The position numbers were made by a program, and so were the translations under genes. The notes under the pieces are model-generated. The model searched no databases. It was not told where the DNA came from and saw nothing but the letters and a program-made list of their open reading frames with translations. Positions 8,901-19,041 of a stretch of DNA of 64,000 nt are shown in pieces (position 1 is the first letter of the stretch; each line of letters starts with the position of its first letter). The stretch is from a virus. The stretch lies in IMG/VR virus record IMGVR_UViG_3300049149_000013, positions 2,647 to 66,646 of that record. One strand, written 5' to 3'.

Positions 8901-10394
8901 CGCTAGTTCCTGTCCCCTAAAGTCGCCTATCTCCCGGGTAAAGGGTCGAGGAGGCCAGTTTAGATTCGGTTCTGGCTTCGCATGCAATGTAACGTCCATC
9001 GGGCGGTATGGTAACTGAAAGCGCTGTGCTAGATCCTTAAGTACCGAGGGATAACTGATATTATAGTTATAGTTCTGCCCCGTAGCTTGATCAGCACTAA
9101 AGCGACGGCCATAGAACGCATTCTGGTCGTTACCGCTCGCAAGTCCTAGTCCCATATCACCGGTATGCGCAGCGTCGGCCAATGCTTTGCGCATTTCCAG
9201 ACCGACAAACCCCTGAGTAGTCTTAAACGGTGTATCGGGGATTTTCGCTCTAAGCCGCGCCACCTCATTCTTCAAGGCATTTAATCTCGCCTGAAGATTC
9301 GGATCAGTATTGAATTGTAGATTTCCTTCCTGATCGAAATAAGGGGTCTGTGCCCGACGCATAACCGCATTCGGTTCACGGAAAAGCTCCATCCCCTCAA
9401 TCTCTCTGATCCGAGCTAGATCCGCAGGAGTTTGGTAACCGACCTTAGTAGCCTTCGACGCCTCACGGAGCTTTTGAAGTTCCTGCCAACGAGGGTCCTC
9501 AGCGAGTATATTCCCGCCTCGGGCACCCTCCGTTCCAAACCGGAGTGCATCGGTAATAACGTCACGCGCCCAAGGACCGGCCTGAAAGCCTTCACGATCA
9601 TCGAACATATTCGTCATCAGGTCCTGGGCCAGATCCTGCATGCGAGTAAGATTCTCAGGGGTAGGAGCCCACCCTCCTGGCTTAATCGCTTTCTGGTGCC
9701 GGTCGGATTGGATCTCGTCTATCACCCTCATCGTGCGGCCTTCGGGTGTACCGGTAGCACCCATACCGGTGCTCTCGCCCCAGAGTGGCAGACGGTTGCT
9801 GCGGTTCCAGGAGATATCCCGATCCGAGAAGTGGCTTTGATACTGACCGAAGTCCGGCGAGCGTGTCACGTCGAGCTGGTAAGCCTTAGCTCCATAAGGC
9901 GACGCTGGATTACCCGGCCCACTATCACCCCGCTCTGCATGGGAATACTCGGAATACTGAGGGCTTCCTGCCGTAACACGCCGCTGACCGCCTGCACCGG
10001 TAGTAGAAACACCTGCCTGGGCTAGTTGCCTCTGCTCGCGGGTCGTACCAGCTTGGGCAAGATCAGAACCGAGCTGTACGTTCAGGTTCGGAGCATTCTG
10101 CATATAGAGCTGGAGAATATCAGCTCGACTTACCTTCTGATTAGGCTTCAGTGTCTGGAGATAGGGAACAATCTTTGAATAATCAAGCTCCTCCTTCTTC
10201 AGAGGAAAATCTACACCGGCTCGGCTTGCGATCTGCCCGGGCTTAAGATAGCCAGCCCACTCCTGAGCAGTCATCGCCTCGCGGGGCGAATTATCGATCA
10301 GACCCTTTAGGGTAGAGAACATCCCATAGCGCGGGACCTTGCCGGTCAGATACTCGGCAAGATGCTCAAGCTCGGGTAAATTGATCTTAGGCAT
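5919..10394 (-). CDS. Large polyvalent / internal virion (ejection) protein
   Basis: About 1490 aa; likely start MPKINL right after the upstream stop; IDEIQSD motif of large polyvalent phage proteins; about 9 xAxGG-type motifs. Confidence 0.8.
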   Translation of the reverse strand: MPKINLPELEHLAEYLTGKVPRYGMFSTLKGLIDNSPREAMTAQEWAGYLKPGQIASRAGVDFPLKKEELDYSKIVPYLQTLKPNQKVSRADILQLYMQNAPNLNVQLGSDLAQAGTTREQRQLAQAGVSTTGAGGQRRVTAGSPQYSEYSHAERGDSGPGNPASPYGAKAYQLDVTRSPDFGQYQSHFSDRDISWNRSNRLPLWGESTGMGATGTPEGRTMRVIDEIQSDRHQKAIKPGGWAPTPENLTRMQDLAQDLMTNMFDDREGFQAGPWARDVITDALRFGTEGARGGNILAEDPRWQELQKLREASKATKVGYQTPADLARIREIEGMELFREPNAVMRRAQTPYFDQEGNLQFNTDPNLQARLNALKNEVARLRAKIPDTPFKTTQGFVGLEMRKALADAAHTGDMGLGLASGNDQNAFYGRRFSADQATGQNYNYNISYPSVLKDLAQRFQLPYRPMDVTLHAKPEPNLNWPPRPFTREIGDFRGQELADVPDWAHPTLDNYIRQVLNAEGDEWNRYEVPGKYERLWQHMVDKVPVEKREEMGLGAFNPETGEDVPAAEGTMEDKFYKAIADMRKHAKEINDVEMQYRPRESGHYDEEDNWVEDEPKNQQAWADMQRSRAYQNMHYNWEQASREAGESMRPLWDWYEQTYKAPPEQNPLRKKTFENAIDMTNPDDLARVKAAGVPVWKHGGPVDHLRHALHHLGYSTDYLVSREDERQQHGMAGGGEVKTAVNLSELIEHFLERYHDFMRTPVGEIQDADAAHIRQVGNQLQQSGINPEDLIYDRMAAAGKTPAVTEHAEGGSTTGDQPSLENVLVESERQVPGEEQEAHKELLKKMQEYMLAQASEEEQKPTYTSNPMTRKHFQEGGPSLSDLITGPTIKGNEGIPANYQPDYESSLTALRNRVQRSIAEREAEAAAEMKAAGTDPAKYDDPDNPPGELAARAVTSLAKQVYGTDPQGHLVAGGDILHPGPGSTPPLILDRLYSTPHALARLFEGYATLPARLLGANLGDESKGHPISSMMPGSKAAGERAEALEGKIQRSVGLPPAHTFKQHFFEEAPSAVIPIPGLPAEGAGSHLMGWLGASPLRSWPAMATEWGSLNALIGSAGDALDRLRGGGGGGRMRPEQMIEHARHQGPDPNSVEPEDTSVGKDIQKEIGDEAYQRHLRGLDEGQTVHFPGGSPVTAGMAEGGQTPPPETEENFLDQLLQRRMFMGQSAPPPRMAGGGEIGLAERLAQLWEKLTSSPEMKAHAADVLNRGWATEAKPQDIFTQVAETSPEMAEHAKDIQSRNWTSIYDKPPGQARGGHFKHMYGSPALYTTVPGTSGVDDGGGGGMAEGGGIDWEATRNRLHTLQHPTIGGQPGEPPPPAEPAMSDDEIETQQRADAHRDLLERLKELIGKHENYFGPSAPIHFTSDDVAEAQEEMEAPLGREIAMQAMGRMTNRDLGRMQKEYQPQPEDEEPAMAQGGPARGLLRGRRRGKRS

Positions 10395-10395
10395 C

Positions 10396-13300
10396 TTACT
10401 GACCCTGCTGCGGAGTAGGCGTAAGCGCTGCCGCTCCACCGCCTGCCGTAGCTCCACCGATTAAGCCAGAGACGTTCTTCTGGCTCCGTAACGCATCAGC
10501 TGTCTGCTGGAGTCTGCTCATCTTCTCCCTAGCATGAGGATCGTTCGCCATAGTTCCCATCGTCTCGGAAATCTCACCTGCCTTGCCCGGGCGCATTAGC
10601 TGACCTCGGACCATCTGACCTATCGAGAGCGGCTGCTGGCTAATATTCAAACCTGCCTCTCCCGCTCTGATCAAACGTCGGCCGGTTCCAAAGACCTCTG
10701 CCTGGCGGGTAAGAGAATCGATAAACCTCTGACCCTCCGCTGGATTATCGAAGATCGCCATAATCTTCGCCTTCAGGTTCGGGTTAGCTACTACAGCCAT
10801 CGCGGTATTACGGTTAGCTCCCATATTGCCAATCTTCTGCATAATGCCTTCGGCTACACCGGTGCGGTACGCATCCCGGGCACTCCAGTCGAGCTTGCCC
10901 ATCAGTTGCTTGACTTCCTCAGGAGTCAGCTTATCGAAGGTCTCCCGGCCACCGCGCAGTGCATCCATAATATCGAGGTCGCCCGCGTACTGATCGCGAG
11001 CCTCCCGGTAGGGACTGCGGCCATTCGGCAGCGTAGTAGCCTGATCGAGTTCCTTTACCAGGTTAGAGCGCATATCACGCAGGATACGACCCTGCGGCGA
11101 CGCCTGGTAGTTAATGCCGGTACCCTCCTCCTGGAGAATCATCTGATCGAGTGCCCGCTTGACTTCATCAAGGTATTGCAGGGTAGGATTCTGCACCATG
11201 CCTGCTACGTCTGGGCGACCGATAGGTATCATCCTATCCTGCATCATACGAAAGGCCCGCGCCGACGCTTCTTGACCGCTAGGAGTATTCAGGATCTGGG
11301 AGAGCGTCTGCGTCTTGACACTTGGGAATTGTGAAAATGCCTGATCATAAAGCGGCGCGGCTTTAGTATAGAGAGCATTCCTCAGCTCCTCGGTCTTGGC
11401 GTAGTAATCATCGGGCTTAAGACCCCGGTTGACTATATCGCCAGTCCCACCTGTCATACCTGCCTCGCGCTCCTGCAAGGCTCCGAGCAAAGCATTCGAC
11501 TCTGGCACATCCTTGCGTATCGCTGCCGAGGTCAATCCAACCGAGCGTGGCCCCGCAGCCTCGGCTACCGTTGACGGTATGCCCATACGAGCGTCTTTCG
11601 CCAGAATATCAGCAATTTCCCTGACGCCTCCTTCTGGTCTATCGAGATTCATCGCCTCAAGCGACTTACGCACTCCTGGCCCCGCAGAACGGGTAAGCTC
11701 GTTGGTAAGCCTCAGGAGAGGAGCGGAAGCACCACGACCGGCACCCGCAAGCAGTGGGCCAAGCATCGCACCGCTGGCTGCTCCCGGGAGAAAGTCATCG
11801 CCACCTCCCATCTCGCCTGATATCCCGCCGGTCAGTGCGCCTACTCCCGAGGCAGTCAGGTGAGGATGACGAGCCATAAAGCGTGCTGCCGCAGCTGGCC
11901 TGCGCAGGGCTGCCAGACCTGCTGCCGTAGTAGCGCCAGCCCCCAGAGCTTCCCCTAGTAAGTTTTCAGCCGGGGAATCCGGATCTTCTGGACGCCCCGC
12001 AGCCTTAAGTGATAATCCCTGGATAAGAGCATTCAGAGAGTTCCTTATCTCGGGATCAGCCTGCTCGGGCTGTCCACCTTCCTGCATACCTCTTTTAAGC
12101 CTATCTAATTGCTCCTTGAAAGTTTGTTCAAACTGTTCCTCATAGCGTTGAAGTTCGGTATCTTCTTCCCGGCGTTTCTGGTCGGCTTGACGAGCCTCAT
12201 AATCTGAAAGATGCTCAACCGTCTGTTCGTTAGGATCGTAAACCCTAGATAGGTTCTTGGAAGGCCCCTGTTCCTCTACCTCACCGCCTTCCGCCATACC
12301 TCCGGCAGGCTGCGTATCCGAAGGCTGAGGATGATAGCTAACGTCTGGCTCCTGGGTCCCGGGAGGTCCCGCACCTGGCGCACCTACTTCCTCGGTCTGA
12401 ACCTGGGGATTCTGATTCCTAAAGTAATCCTTCCAGTCCATCCGCTTCGGATTTAGAGGCTTCAGTCCATTCTTCAGGAATGGCGCACTATGGTCGAAGA
12501 TCGGGTTATCATTAATATACGTATCCCAAGCCTGAGTAGCACCCGCCAATGTTCGGTGGAGTCCGAAATATGCCTGTTCAAACTGGTGCCGTTGCAGATT
12601 ATTATTCAGGGTAATGCGTAGAGCCTCGGCAATGGCATCGTTGGTAGCCTTGGGCTTATCCGTACCGATCATTGCTGACTGGAAGAGACCGAGGTCGCGG
12701 TTTGTAACGCGCCCGAAGCCTTTCGAGGGAATAGCCTGCGCAACAGTATCGGCAGCGAGCTTATCCATCGTCTGAATGCTAGACTTCAGGTGAGCTACGA
12801 TTGAAGGAGGCCAGATATTAATACCACCCTCAGTACCTACCTCGGCACCGGCACCGTGCGGCCCCGCGTGTATCCCTCCGATACGTACTGGAGCGATCAT
12901 AGGACCTGTAGCCGTCGTGGTATTTAACTGCTGAAACTCATCAAGGTTCCGCAGAGCTTTCATCATCTGCTCATCGTTCGCACCGTAGTCAGCAAACTGC
13001 TTATCAGCGGCTTTCTGTTCGCTACTATAGAAGTTCTGGCGTTGCTTAGTTGACATATGCACAACATCGGGCATGCCAACGGGATTAAACGGCACGCCCG
13101 CCAGATTCGCATTCTCAAGCTTCTCCTCAGGGGTTAGTTGGGTCTCATCGATACCTGCCCGCGCCTTAGCCTCCGCAATGGCCGTATCGTTCAACTGCTT
13201 AACCAATGCACGGTAGGCAGGGCTAAATCCACTACCTGGATCCCCGGGAACTAGATAAGCCCGTGGACCGAGCTGATCTAGCGCTATCTTACCGAAGCTG

Positions 13301-13938
13301 GACTGAGGCTTCATCCCCGCCTGTTGCGCAGGGGTAGTAGCCATACGACCGAGAGCGGTCATAGCCGACTTGCCCAGCTCGGTCTCTTGCCGTTGCATCA
13401 TCTCCAGGAGCTTGCGCTTACCCTCGGCGGTCTGAGTATCGATACCCCTGATCTTCTCGGCTAGGTCAGCACCACCGAGAGTCTGGAGGTATTGCATGAT
13501 TGCCGTGCGCTGTTGTGCCGCCTGAGCTGCCTCCTCTTGAGCGATCTGTCCTAACTGAGACTGAAGCGCTCCATACATGCCTACGCCCGGGACCGGCTTC
13601 GCTGCCGCAGCCTGGATCTGGAGAGCCTTCTCATGCTCGCTCGGAACACCATACTTCCAGTAGTTTTGCAAAAGAATCTGCTGGGCATTTCTAAGTGCTG
13701 CCTTGGAAGCCTCGGCGCTGCTCTCTATGTCCTTACCGATCTTCTCGGTTTCACCCTCATGCTTGCCGATACGAGACAGGATCTTGCGAGCTTCGTCCTG
13801 AGCTTCCTTGGTCGTAGTCGCCTGCGTAGCGCCAGCCGGGATAACGTCGGGATCACCCTCACCCCGAATACTCTCAAGTGCCGAGCGTACGTCATCGGGC
13901 GATGCCGTCTGGGAAACAATGTCTTCTGGTGTTGACAT
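10396..13938 (-). CDS. Large internal virion / DNA injection protein
   Basis: 1180 aa, helical with Gly/Ala-rich hydrophobic stretches; position matches the P22 gp16/gp20-type ejection module. Confidence 0.75.
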   Translation of the reverse strand: MSTPEDIVSQTASPDDVRSALESIRGEGDPDVIPAGATQATTTKEAQDEARKILSRIGKHEGETEKIGKDIESSAEASKAALRNAQQILLQNYWKYGVPSEHEKALQIQAAAAKPVPGVGMYGALQSQLGQIAQEEAAQAAQQRTAIMQYLQTLGGADLAEKIRGIDTQTAEGKRKLLEMMQRQETELGKSAMTALGRMATTPAQQAGMKPQSSFGKIALDQLGPRAYLVPGDPGSGFSPAYRALVKQLNDTAIAEAKARAGIDETQLTPEEKLENANLAGVPFNPVGMPDVVHMSTKQRQNFYSSEQKAADKQFADYGANDEQMMKALRNLDEFQQLNTTTATGPMIAPVRIGGIHAGPHGAGAEVGTEGGINIWPPSIVAHLKSSIQTMDKLAADTVAQAIPSKGFGRVTNRDLGLFQSAMIGTDKPKATNDAIAEALRITLNNNLQRHQFEQAYFGLHRTLAGATQAWDTYINDNPIFDHSAPFLKNGLKPLNPKRMDWKDYFRNQNPQVQTEEVGAPGAGPPGTQEPDVSYHPQPSDTQPAGGMAEGGEVEEQGPSKNLSRVYDPNEQTVEHLSDYEARQADQKRREEDTELQRYEEQFEQTFKEQLDRLKRGMQEGGQPEQADPEIRNSLNALIQGLSLKAAGRPEDPDSPAENLLGEALGAGATTAAGLAALRRPAAAARFMARHPHLTASGVGALTGGISGEMGGGDDFLPGAASGAMLGPLLAGAGRGASAPLLRLTNELTRSAGPGVRKSLEAMNLDRPEGGVREIADILAKDARMGIPSTVAEAAGPRSVGLTSAAIRKDVPESNALLGALQEREAGMTGGTGDIVNRGLKPDDYYAKTEELRNALYTKAAPLYDQAFSQFPSVKTQTLSQILNTPSGQEASARAFRMMQDRMIPIGRPDVAGMVQNPTLQYLDEVKRALDQMILQEEGTGINYQASPQGRILRDMRSNLVKELDQATTLPNGRSPYREARDQYAGDLDIMDALRGGRETFDKLTPEEVKQLMGKLDWSARDAYRTGVAEGIMQKIGNMGANRNTAMAVVANPNLKAKIMAIFDNPAEGQRFIDSLTRQAEVFGTGRRLIRAGEAGLNISQQPLSIGQMVRGQLMRPGKAGEISETMGTMANDPHAREKMSRLQQTADALRSQKNVSGLIGGATAGGGAAALTPTPQQGQ

Positions 13939-13939
13939 A

Positions 13940-14953
13940 TCAATTTCTCACTAAACAACCTAGCGCACCTACGCGACCACCTCTTGCGCCAGGATTCGAG
14001 AAGAGTGATTGCATGCCGGTAAGTGCGCCAAGGAACGGAGTCTGTGATCCGCCTTGCTGCCACGGAACAACCTGCTGCTGGGTCGTAGTGCCGCCAGGAG
14101 TTGTGCCGGGGATCGTACCCTGCATAAGTCCCTGCAACCATCCGAGTTGCTGGTACGGCCATTGCTGCTGCTGACCAAACTGCTGACGAGCATAATCGAG
14201 GTTCGCTTGCTGGTTCGCCTGGAGTTCCTGACCTGCAACGTCGAGCGCTCCTGCACCCTGAAGACCGAGTTGCTGACCAGTACCGGCAAGCTGTCCGAGC
14301 GCACCGGCACCCTCGTAGCCGAGACCCCCATATGTCTGGCCTAGCGCCCCGAGAGCCTGACCCCCGGCCAGTGCCGATTGCTGAGCATTGGTATACGCAT
14401 TCGCCAAAGCAGCCTGCGAGGTATCCTGGATATTCTGGGTAATCTGTTTAGCCGCCTGTCCGAGTGCGCCGACATCGCCCGAGGACATCGGCTGGCCTGC
14501 CGCCGTAAACTGATTCGTAATCGACGGCATCAACTGATTCTGCCAATACTGCGTCGCGGTATCCTCGGCCTTCTGGATTACGTTCTGAGTATACGGATTC
14601 ATCATATCCGGGGTTACATTCATCGAGCGGTTAACAGCCGCTTGCGCTCCCGGCAGCATGCCTAGCCCACTGGTAAATCCCTGAGTTCCCAGGTTAATAG
14701 CCGAAGTCAGAGTAGGTTGATACCCTCCCTGCAAGCCCGAGACGATTCCTGCTGCCTGCTGGCTATACGGAGTCTGGCCCGCTACTCCCGGCCCTTGGTA
14801 TGCCTGGTAGGGCTGGGACGCTAGCGCTGCACCTTCCGACAGAATTCCCTGAGCATAGTCCTGCAACCAGGTAGGAACATTCGTCGTATTCTGCCCAGTA
14901 TTAGTTACCTGAGTGGGAGGTGTGCCCTGAAAGAGCATATCTAAGGAACCCAT
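13940..14953 (-). CDS. Putative DNA pilot/ejection protein
   Basis: Gln/Gly/Ala-rich 337 aa in the ejection module; C-terminal ARGG. Confidence 0.65.
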   Translation of the reverse strand: MGSLDMLFQGTPPTQVTNTGQNTTNVPTWLQDYAQGILSEGAALASQPYQAYQGPGVAGQTPYSQQAAGIVSGLQGGYQPTLTSAINLGTQGFTSGLGMLPGAQAAVNRSMNVTPDMMNPYTQNVIQKAEDTATQYWQNQLMPSITNQFTAAGQPMSSGDVGALGQAAKQITQNIQDTSQAALANAYTNAQQSALAGGQALGALGQTYGGLGYEGAGALGQLAGTGQQLGLQGAGALDVAGQELQANQQANLDYARQQFGQQQQWPYQQLGWLQGLMQGTIPGTTPGGTTTQQQVVPWQQGGSQTPFLGALTGMQSLFSNPGARGGRVGALGCLVRN

Positions 14954-14954
14954 T

Positions 14955-17285
14955 TTACTTTCTCCCCTTACCCATATAGGCAGCCGGGGGCTTCGCCTTC
15001 ATAAACTGTTTACCTTTCGACATCGGCTTGGCAGCACTGCGGCGCAGGTTCTCACGCAATTGATCAAGCTTCGCTGCGCCTGCCTTATTAGAGCCATTGC
15101 CTAGCAGACTTACGGTATTCGCATCAAACACGTACTCGCCATCGGAAAGCTGTGCCGGGATATTGTCGCTAGTCCCGTCGCCTGGGCCTACGGCATGATG
15201 CTGCACAGCAGAGTCAAACTCGGGCATTAGCGCATCTAATGCAGAACCTCCTCGGGCACGGCCAGGAGGCATACGAGGGCGAGGTACCGGCATCTGTGGC
15301 GCAGGAGCAGCGGGGGGTGTAGCAGCTGTCGGCGGTGGAACTAGACCGGTCATCTGCGTCATTGGCATCTGGTTATTCTGGAAGAACTGAGCCTCCGGAC
15401 GCTGGCCGTACGTATACCAATCCTGCAAGCTCATCGGTCCGCCGCCCGGAAGATTCGATGGTGCCATATTCTGAGTGCGGTTAAAGATCGGTGCCCGTGG
15501 CGCAGTCGCCCCTTGCGTCATCCCCGGGGCAGCAGTCGGGGGTTTCAAGTTGGTATGCGGTCTGCCAAGCCCGAATAATGGCGCAACCGCAGCCCCAGCC
15601 TTCAGAGCATTCAGCATACCGGTGATACCACCCTGGCCGGTAAGGTTCTTCCAAGCATTCTGAAGATCTCCCTTAACGGTATGACCAGCCGGTGCATTCG
15701 GGTCCGGACTCTGGCCGACTATCTTTCCATTCTCATCTATAATCTGACCGTCCTTCGTAACCATCAGACCTGAGTTAGGGTCCCAGGCACTTCCATTCGG
15801 CAGATATACTATATCACCAGGTTCTTCGCCTCCGCCACCGCCTCCTCCTCCTCCTCCCCCTGATGGAAGAGTAGGACCCATCTCGGGAGGTGGAGCCGAG
15901 GGTTCCGCAGCCAGGTAGTAGGGAACGTCTCCCCCGCTATCACTAGAGAAGTCCCCACCAGTATCCCCACCGTCCTGGAAATGCTTGCGAGCATAGCGTG
16001 CGGCACCCCGTTCGAGATGATCGAGGCCGGATCGCTTCTTCATAAGACCACCTTCTGCACGTAAACCGAATTCAGGGGCCTGCGCCATCGCCGGTTGAGG
16101 CGTAGGACTATAACTCATTGACTGAACCGTAGGAGCGGCCATGCGAGCCGCCTGTTGAGGATTGCCTGCCCAGAATGCTTGAGTAGCTGCCTGCGTCGCA
16201 GCCGGTTGCGCCGCCTGGGTACTGCCCCAACCGGAGAACTTCGTTCCCGCCTGAGGTGACCAGCCCTGATTCTCGTAAGCACCCATAAGGCTCTGGATAG
16301 AACTCTGTAATGCCGGAGTCTCAAGAGTACCCTTAGAAGTACGAGCATTCGGGTCCCAGACATTACCCTTAGACGCTAACCAGGGATCGATAACCTTCGT
16401 CCACTGATCCTGAATCGACATATTCGGATTAATCTGACCAGAGGCGACAGCCTTATTAATCTCCTGTCCCATCTGGTTCATCATATTCTGCTCACCCATC
16501 CTACCGAAGATTCGTTCAACTGCCTCCGAATGACCAGGAGTAAGGTTTCTAGCATCCATAATACCGGCGAGGTTCGTCATAGCCTGCTGCGGACTTATTA
16601 CATTCTGACTAACCATCTGAGCTTGTTGTTGTGGATTCAACTTATTGAACTGCTGGGCAAACGCATTAAACTGACCGGTCTCCGGATCTACCGCACCACC
16701 ACCGAAGGCTGAGCTAAGTGCTCCGACCCCACCACCGATAAGCCCGCCAATGAGAGTCCCGATTCCCGGCACGATGGAACCGATAGCGGCACCTGCCTCG
16801 GCACCCTGTAGCGCGTCTGAACCCGTACTCCCCGACTTCCAGTTACTAATGGCATTATAGACGGCAAGCGGCGCAAGAACATAACCACCCATCGTAGACA
16901 TCAGGGGATTATTGAGCAGCAGTCCCGCTCCTTGAAGTCCTGAACCTAATGCCTGTCCGTAACCCTGAAATCCTCCTCGCTGTAATCCTTGGATAACGCC
17001 GAGCGCATCGAGCGCACCGGTCGCACCCATATTAAGATTCTTCGCCGTGCTCGGATCAAAACCCAAACCAGTAAGCGCACTGCCTGCCTTACCCCAGTTC
17101 TGAGTACCGAGCTTCGCTAGATCTGCGGCAGCACCTATATCCCCGGTAAAGCCTCCCCGCTCGATATTGCCATAGAGACCCGCAGCGGTTCCAGCCGCAC
17201 CTAACCCTGGGCCTAATGCAGTCCCTTTGCTAAGAGTACCGCTCAGATTGAGCAGTGCCCGTTCTCTTGGTGTCATGAAAGCCAT
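14955..17285 (-). CDS. Internal virion protein with a glycine-zipper region and a TMP-like C-terminal domain
   Basis: GAAIGSIVPGIGTLIGGLIGG glycine zipper; C-terminal GPGDGTSDNIPAQLSDGEYVFDA. Confidence 0.75.
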   Translation of the reverse strand: MAFMTPRERALLNLSGTLSKGTALGPGLGAAGTAAGLYGNIERGGFTGDIGAAADLAKLGTQNWGKAGSALTGLGFDPSTAKNLNMGATGALDALGVIQGLQRGGFQGYGQALGSGLQGAGLLLNNPLMSTMGGYVLAPLAVYNAISNWKSGSTGSDALQGAEAGAAIGSIVPGIGTLIGGLIGGGVGALSSAFGGGAVDPETGQFNAFAQQFNKLNPQQQAQMVSQNVISPQQAMTNLAGIMDARNLTPGHSEAVERIFGRMGEQNMMNQMGQEINKAVASGQINPNMSIQDQWTKVIDPWLASKGNVWDPNARTSKGTLETPALQSSIQSLMGAYENQGWSPQAGTKFSGWGSTQAAQPAATQAATQAFWAGNPQQAARMAAPTVQSMSYSPTPQPAMAQAPEFGLRAEGGLMKKRSGLDHLERGAARYARKHFQDGGDTGGDFSSDSGGDVPYYLAAEPSAPPPEMGPTLPSGGGGGGGGGGGEEPGDIVYLPNGSAWDPNSGLMVTKDGQIIDENGKIVGQSPDPNAPAGHTVKGDLQNAWKNLTGQGGITGMLNALKAGAAVAPLFGLGRPHTNLKPPTAAPGMTQGATAPRAPIFNRTQNMAPSNLPGGGPMSLQDWYTYGQRPEAQFFQNNQMPMTQMTGLVPPPTAATPPAAPAPQMPVPRPRMPPGRARGGSALDALMPEFDSAVQHHAVGPGDGTSDNIPAQLSDGEYVFDANTVSLLGNGSNKAGAAKLDQLRENLRRSAAKPMSKGKQFMKAKPPAAYMGKGRK

Positions 17286-17521
17286 TAGTAGGGTACTACC
17301 TGGTTAAACCTAGAAGCCCAGTCTACCCAATCATCGAAACCTCGCGGATCAGCAACATCGAACGACTCCAGTCTTGCAGCCTGCATTAGATCAAAAGCCC
17401 AGTCCTTCCAGTTATCAGGATTATCAAGTCTGCGTGGAGTCACTCCAAACTGATCTAAGGGAAGCATAATGAAGTCTGCCCATTCGCGAACGTCCCTCAT
17501 CCCCCGAGGATCTACGATCAT
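17285..17521 (-). CDS. Small Trp-rich phage protein
   Basis: Translationally coupled on both sides; WxDWA repeats. Confidence 0.7.
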   Translation of the reverse strand: MIVDPRGMRDVREWADFIMLPLDQFGVTPRRLDNPDNWKDWAFDLMQAARLESFDVADPRGFDDWVDWASRFNQVVPY

Positions 17522-19041
17522 TGCGTAATCCTCCCGTTATCAGGCTCGATATGGGCAAGCGTCTTTCCCATATAATAGAAACCACCCGCTACGTTAGATT
17601 CAAACCTAAATCTCAGAAGTCGGCGGGCCTCCTTAAACCGGACTATTTGCTGGTCCGCAGGGAGAGGAGAGCCAGACTGATCAGGATAGGTAACGCTCTG
17701 ACTCTCGATATCACTGGCCCGAGGATTCGCCCGCCCGATAGCCGTTACGGTTACATCACCTATCTGAACCATATCCGGCTCGATTATATCAACGCGCATG
17801 CACTTATCAAGACCCTGATCGAGAAACTCCTTCTCATCGGTTACAAAGTAGGAATCAATCGGCTGGACGTTCTGACCCGTAATCGCATCGTAGCCGGTCT
17901 CATGCTGCCAGAGGGTATACAAGCCACCTCCGGTCCCCGGATCGGTTAATAGGGGGAAAGGGTATGTGCTCGGGAAGTATCCTGAGGTCCGACCCGATCC
18001 CGGTAGGTTTGTATCATACCACGTCCCTTCGCGGACGTTATAGATCACTGCCTTGTTGCACTCGGTCGCATTGCCGAATGGGAAGCAGAACCATATCTCG
18101 CCCCAGCGCGGCACTTTAAAGACAAACGCCTTCTGGCGCTGCGTCATATTAATGCCGTCGAAGAAGAAGCTTAGGTTCAGCTGGTTAGGCACTTCACGTA
18201 CGACGCCATTGAACATCAGGAATCGATCTACTCCCATCCAGAAGTAGATACCATCGTACTCGATTACTCCTTGAGAGGATAGAATCGAACACGTATCCGA
18301 AACCGTATTGAATCTAAACGGTACACCGGTCAAAATCGCAGCGTCGAAGGTCGCCATGATCAGCGAGTCGAGTGACCAAAGCAGGAAGGCTGGGCCTCCA
18401 GCATTACGCAAGGGTAAGCCTTTGACGATCTTCTGGCCAGTGACGAAAGCTTGACCGAGAGGCGCACCGGCAAGGTTATTGATTGCCGAACAATCGACAC
18501 GCCCGTTATTCCCATAGCTAATCAGGTAGGGATAGATGGCAACGATTCCACCCGACTGGTTAGCCATTGCACTAGCTACTAATGCCGTACCTGCCGTAAT
18601 CGGCCCATAATAGATCGGCGTCTCAACGGCATTAGTGATATCCGAGAGATTCAAGCCCGGGTGAGCGCAGATATTATTCACTCCGCCCGAGGTCGTATAC
18701 ATCACATCGAACTGCCAAAGGTTATTCGGATTCGACGCAAAGCCTCCAGGCGTACGATCTACCTGAGCTAGGAAATTACCCTGAGAGTTTGTCTGCACCT
18801 GATTAACGTGAGCAATGCCCCCCATATGGGTATAATTAACCCCTGCCTGCTGGTAAGACTCCATGCCCCGGGCAGCCTCGGGGAGAGCCTGCGTAACCGA
18901 CTGGTACCCGGCCATCTTCCTCGGACGACCACGGTAGAAGCGACACCACTGGCCATCGGAATACTCGTGACCATCATAACGAGTACCGTCCCGACGAATC
19001 CCGGGCTGGGATTTAATCTCGACTGGCTTCGTCGTAGACAC
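17518..19041 (-). CDS. Tail hub / packaged-DNA stabilisation protein (P22 gp10-like)
   Basis: Beta-propeller-like composition; GEIWFCFP...AVIYNVREGTWY; position just before the ejection genes. Confidence 0.7.
   Translation of the reverse strand: MSTTKPVEIKSQPGIRRDGTRYDGHEYSDGQWCRFYRGRPRKMAGYQSVTQALPEAARGMESYQQAGVNYTHMGGIAHVNQVQTNSQGNFLAQVDRTPGGFASNPNNLWQFDVMYTTSGGVNNICAHPGLNLSDITNAVETPIYYGPITAGTALVASAMANQSGGIVAIYPYLISYGNNGRVDCSAINNLAGAPLGQAFVTGQKIVKGLPLRNAGGPAFLLWSLDSLIMATFDAAILTGVPFRFNTVSDTCSILSSQGVIEYDGIYFWMGVDRFLMFNGVVREVPNQLNLSFFFDGINMTQRQKAFVFKVPRWGEIWFCFPFGNATECNKAVIYNVREGTWYDTNLPGSGRTSGYFPSTYPFPLLTDPGTGGGLYTLWQHETGYDAITGQNVQPIDSYFVTDEKEFLDQGLDKCMRVDIIEPDMVQIGDVTVTAIGRANPRASDIESQSVTYPDQSGSPLPADQQIVRFKEARRLLRFRFESNVAGGFYYMGKTLAHIEPDNGRITQ

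Noticed and set aside
10395-10457. Extended N-terminus of the 1512-aa ORF
   Set aside because: It overlaps the upstream gene; ATG at 10394, right after that gene's stop, is more plausible.
14955-17285. Tape measure protein implying a long-tailed phage
   Set aside because: Only the short C-terminal motif is TMP-like; no tail tube, terminator or chaperone genes were seen and the layout is podovirus-like.
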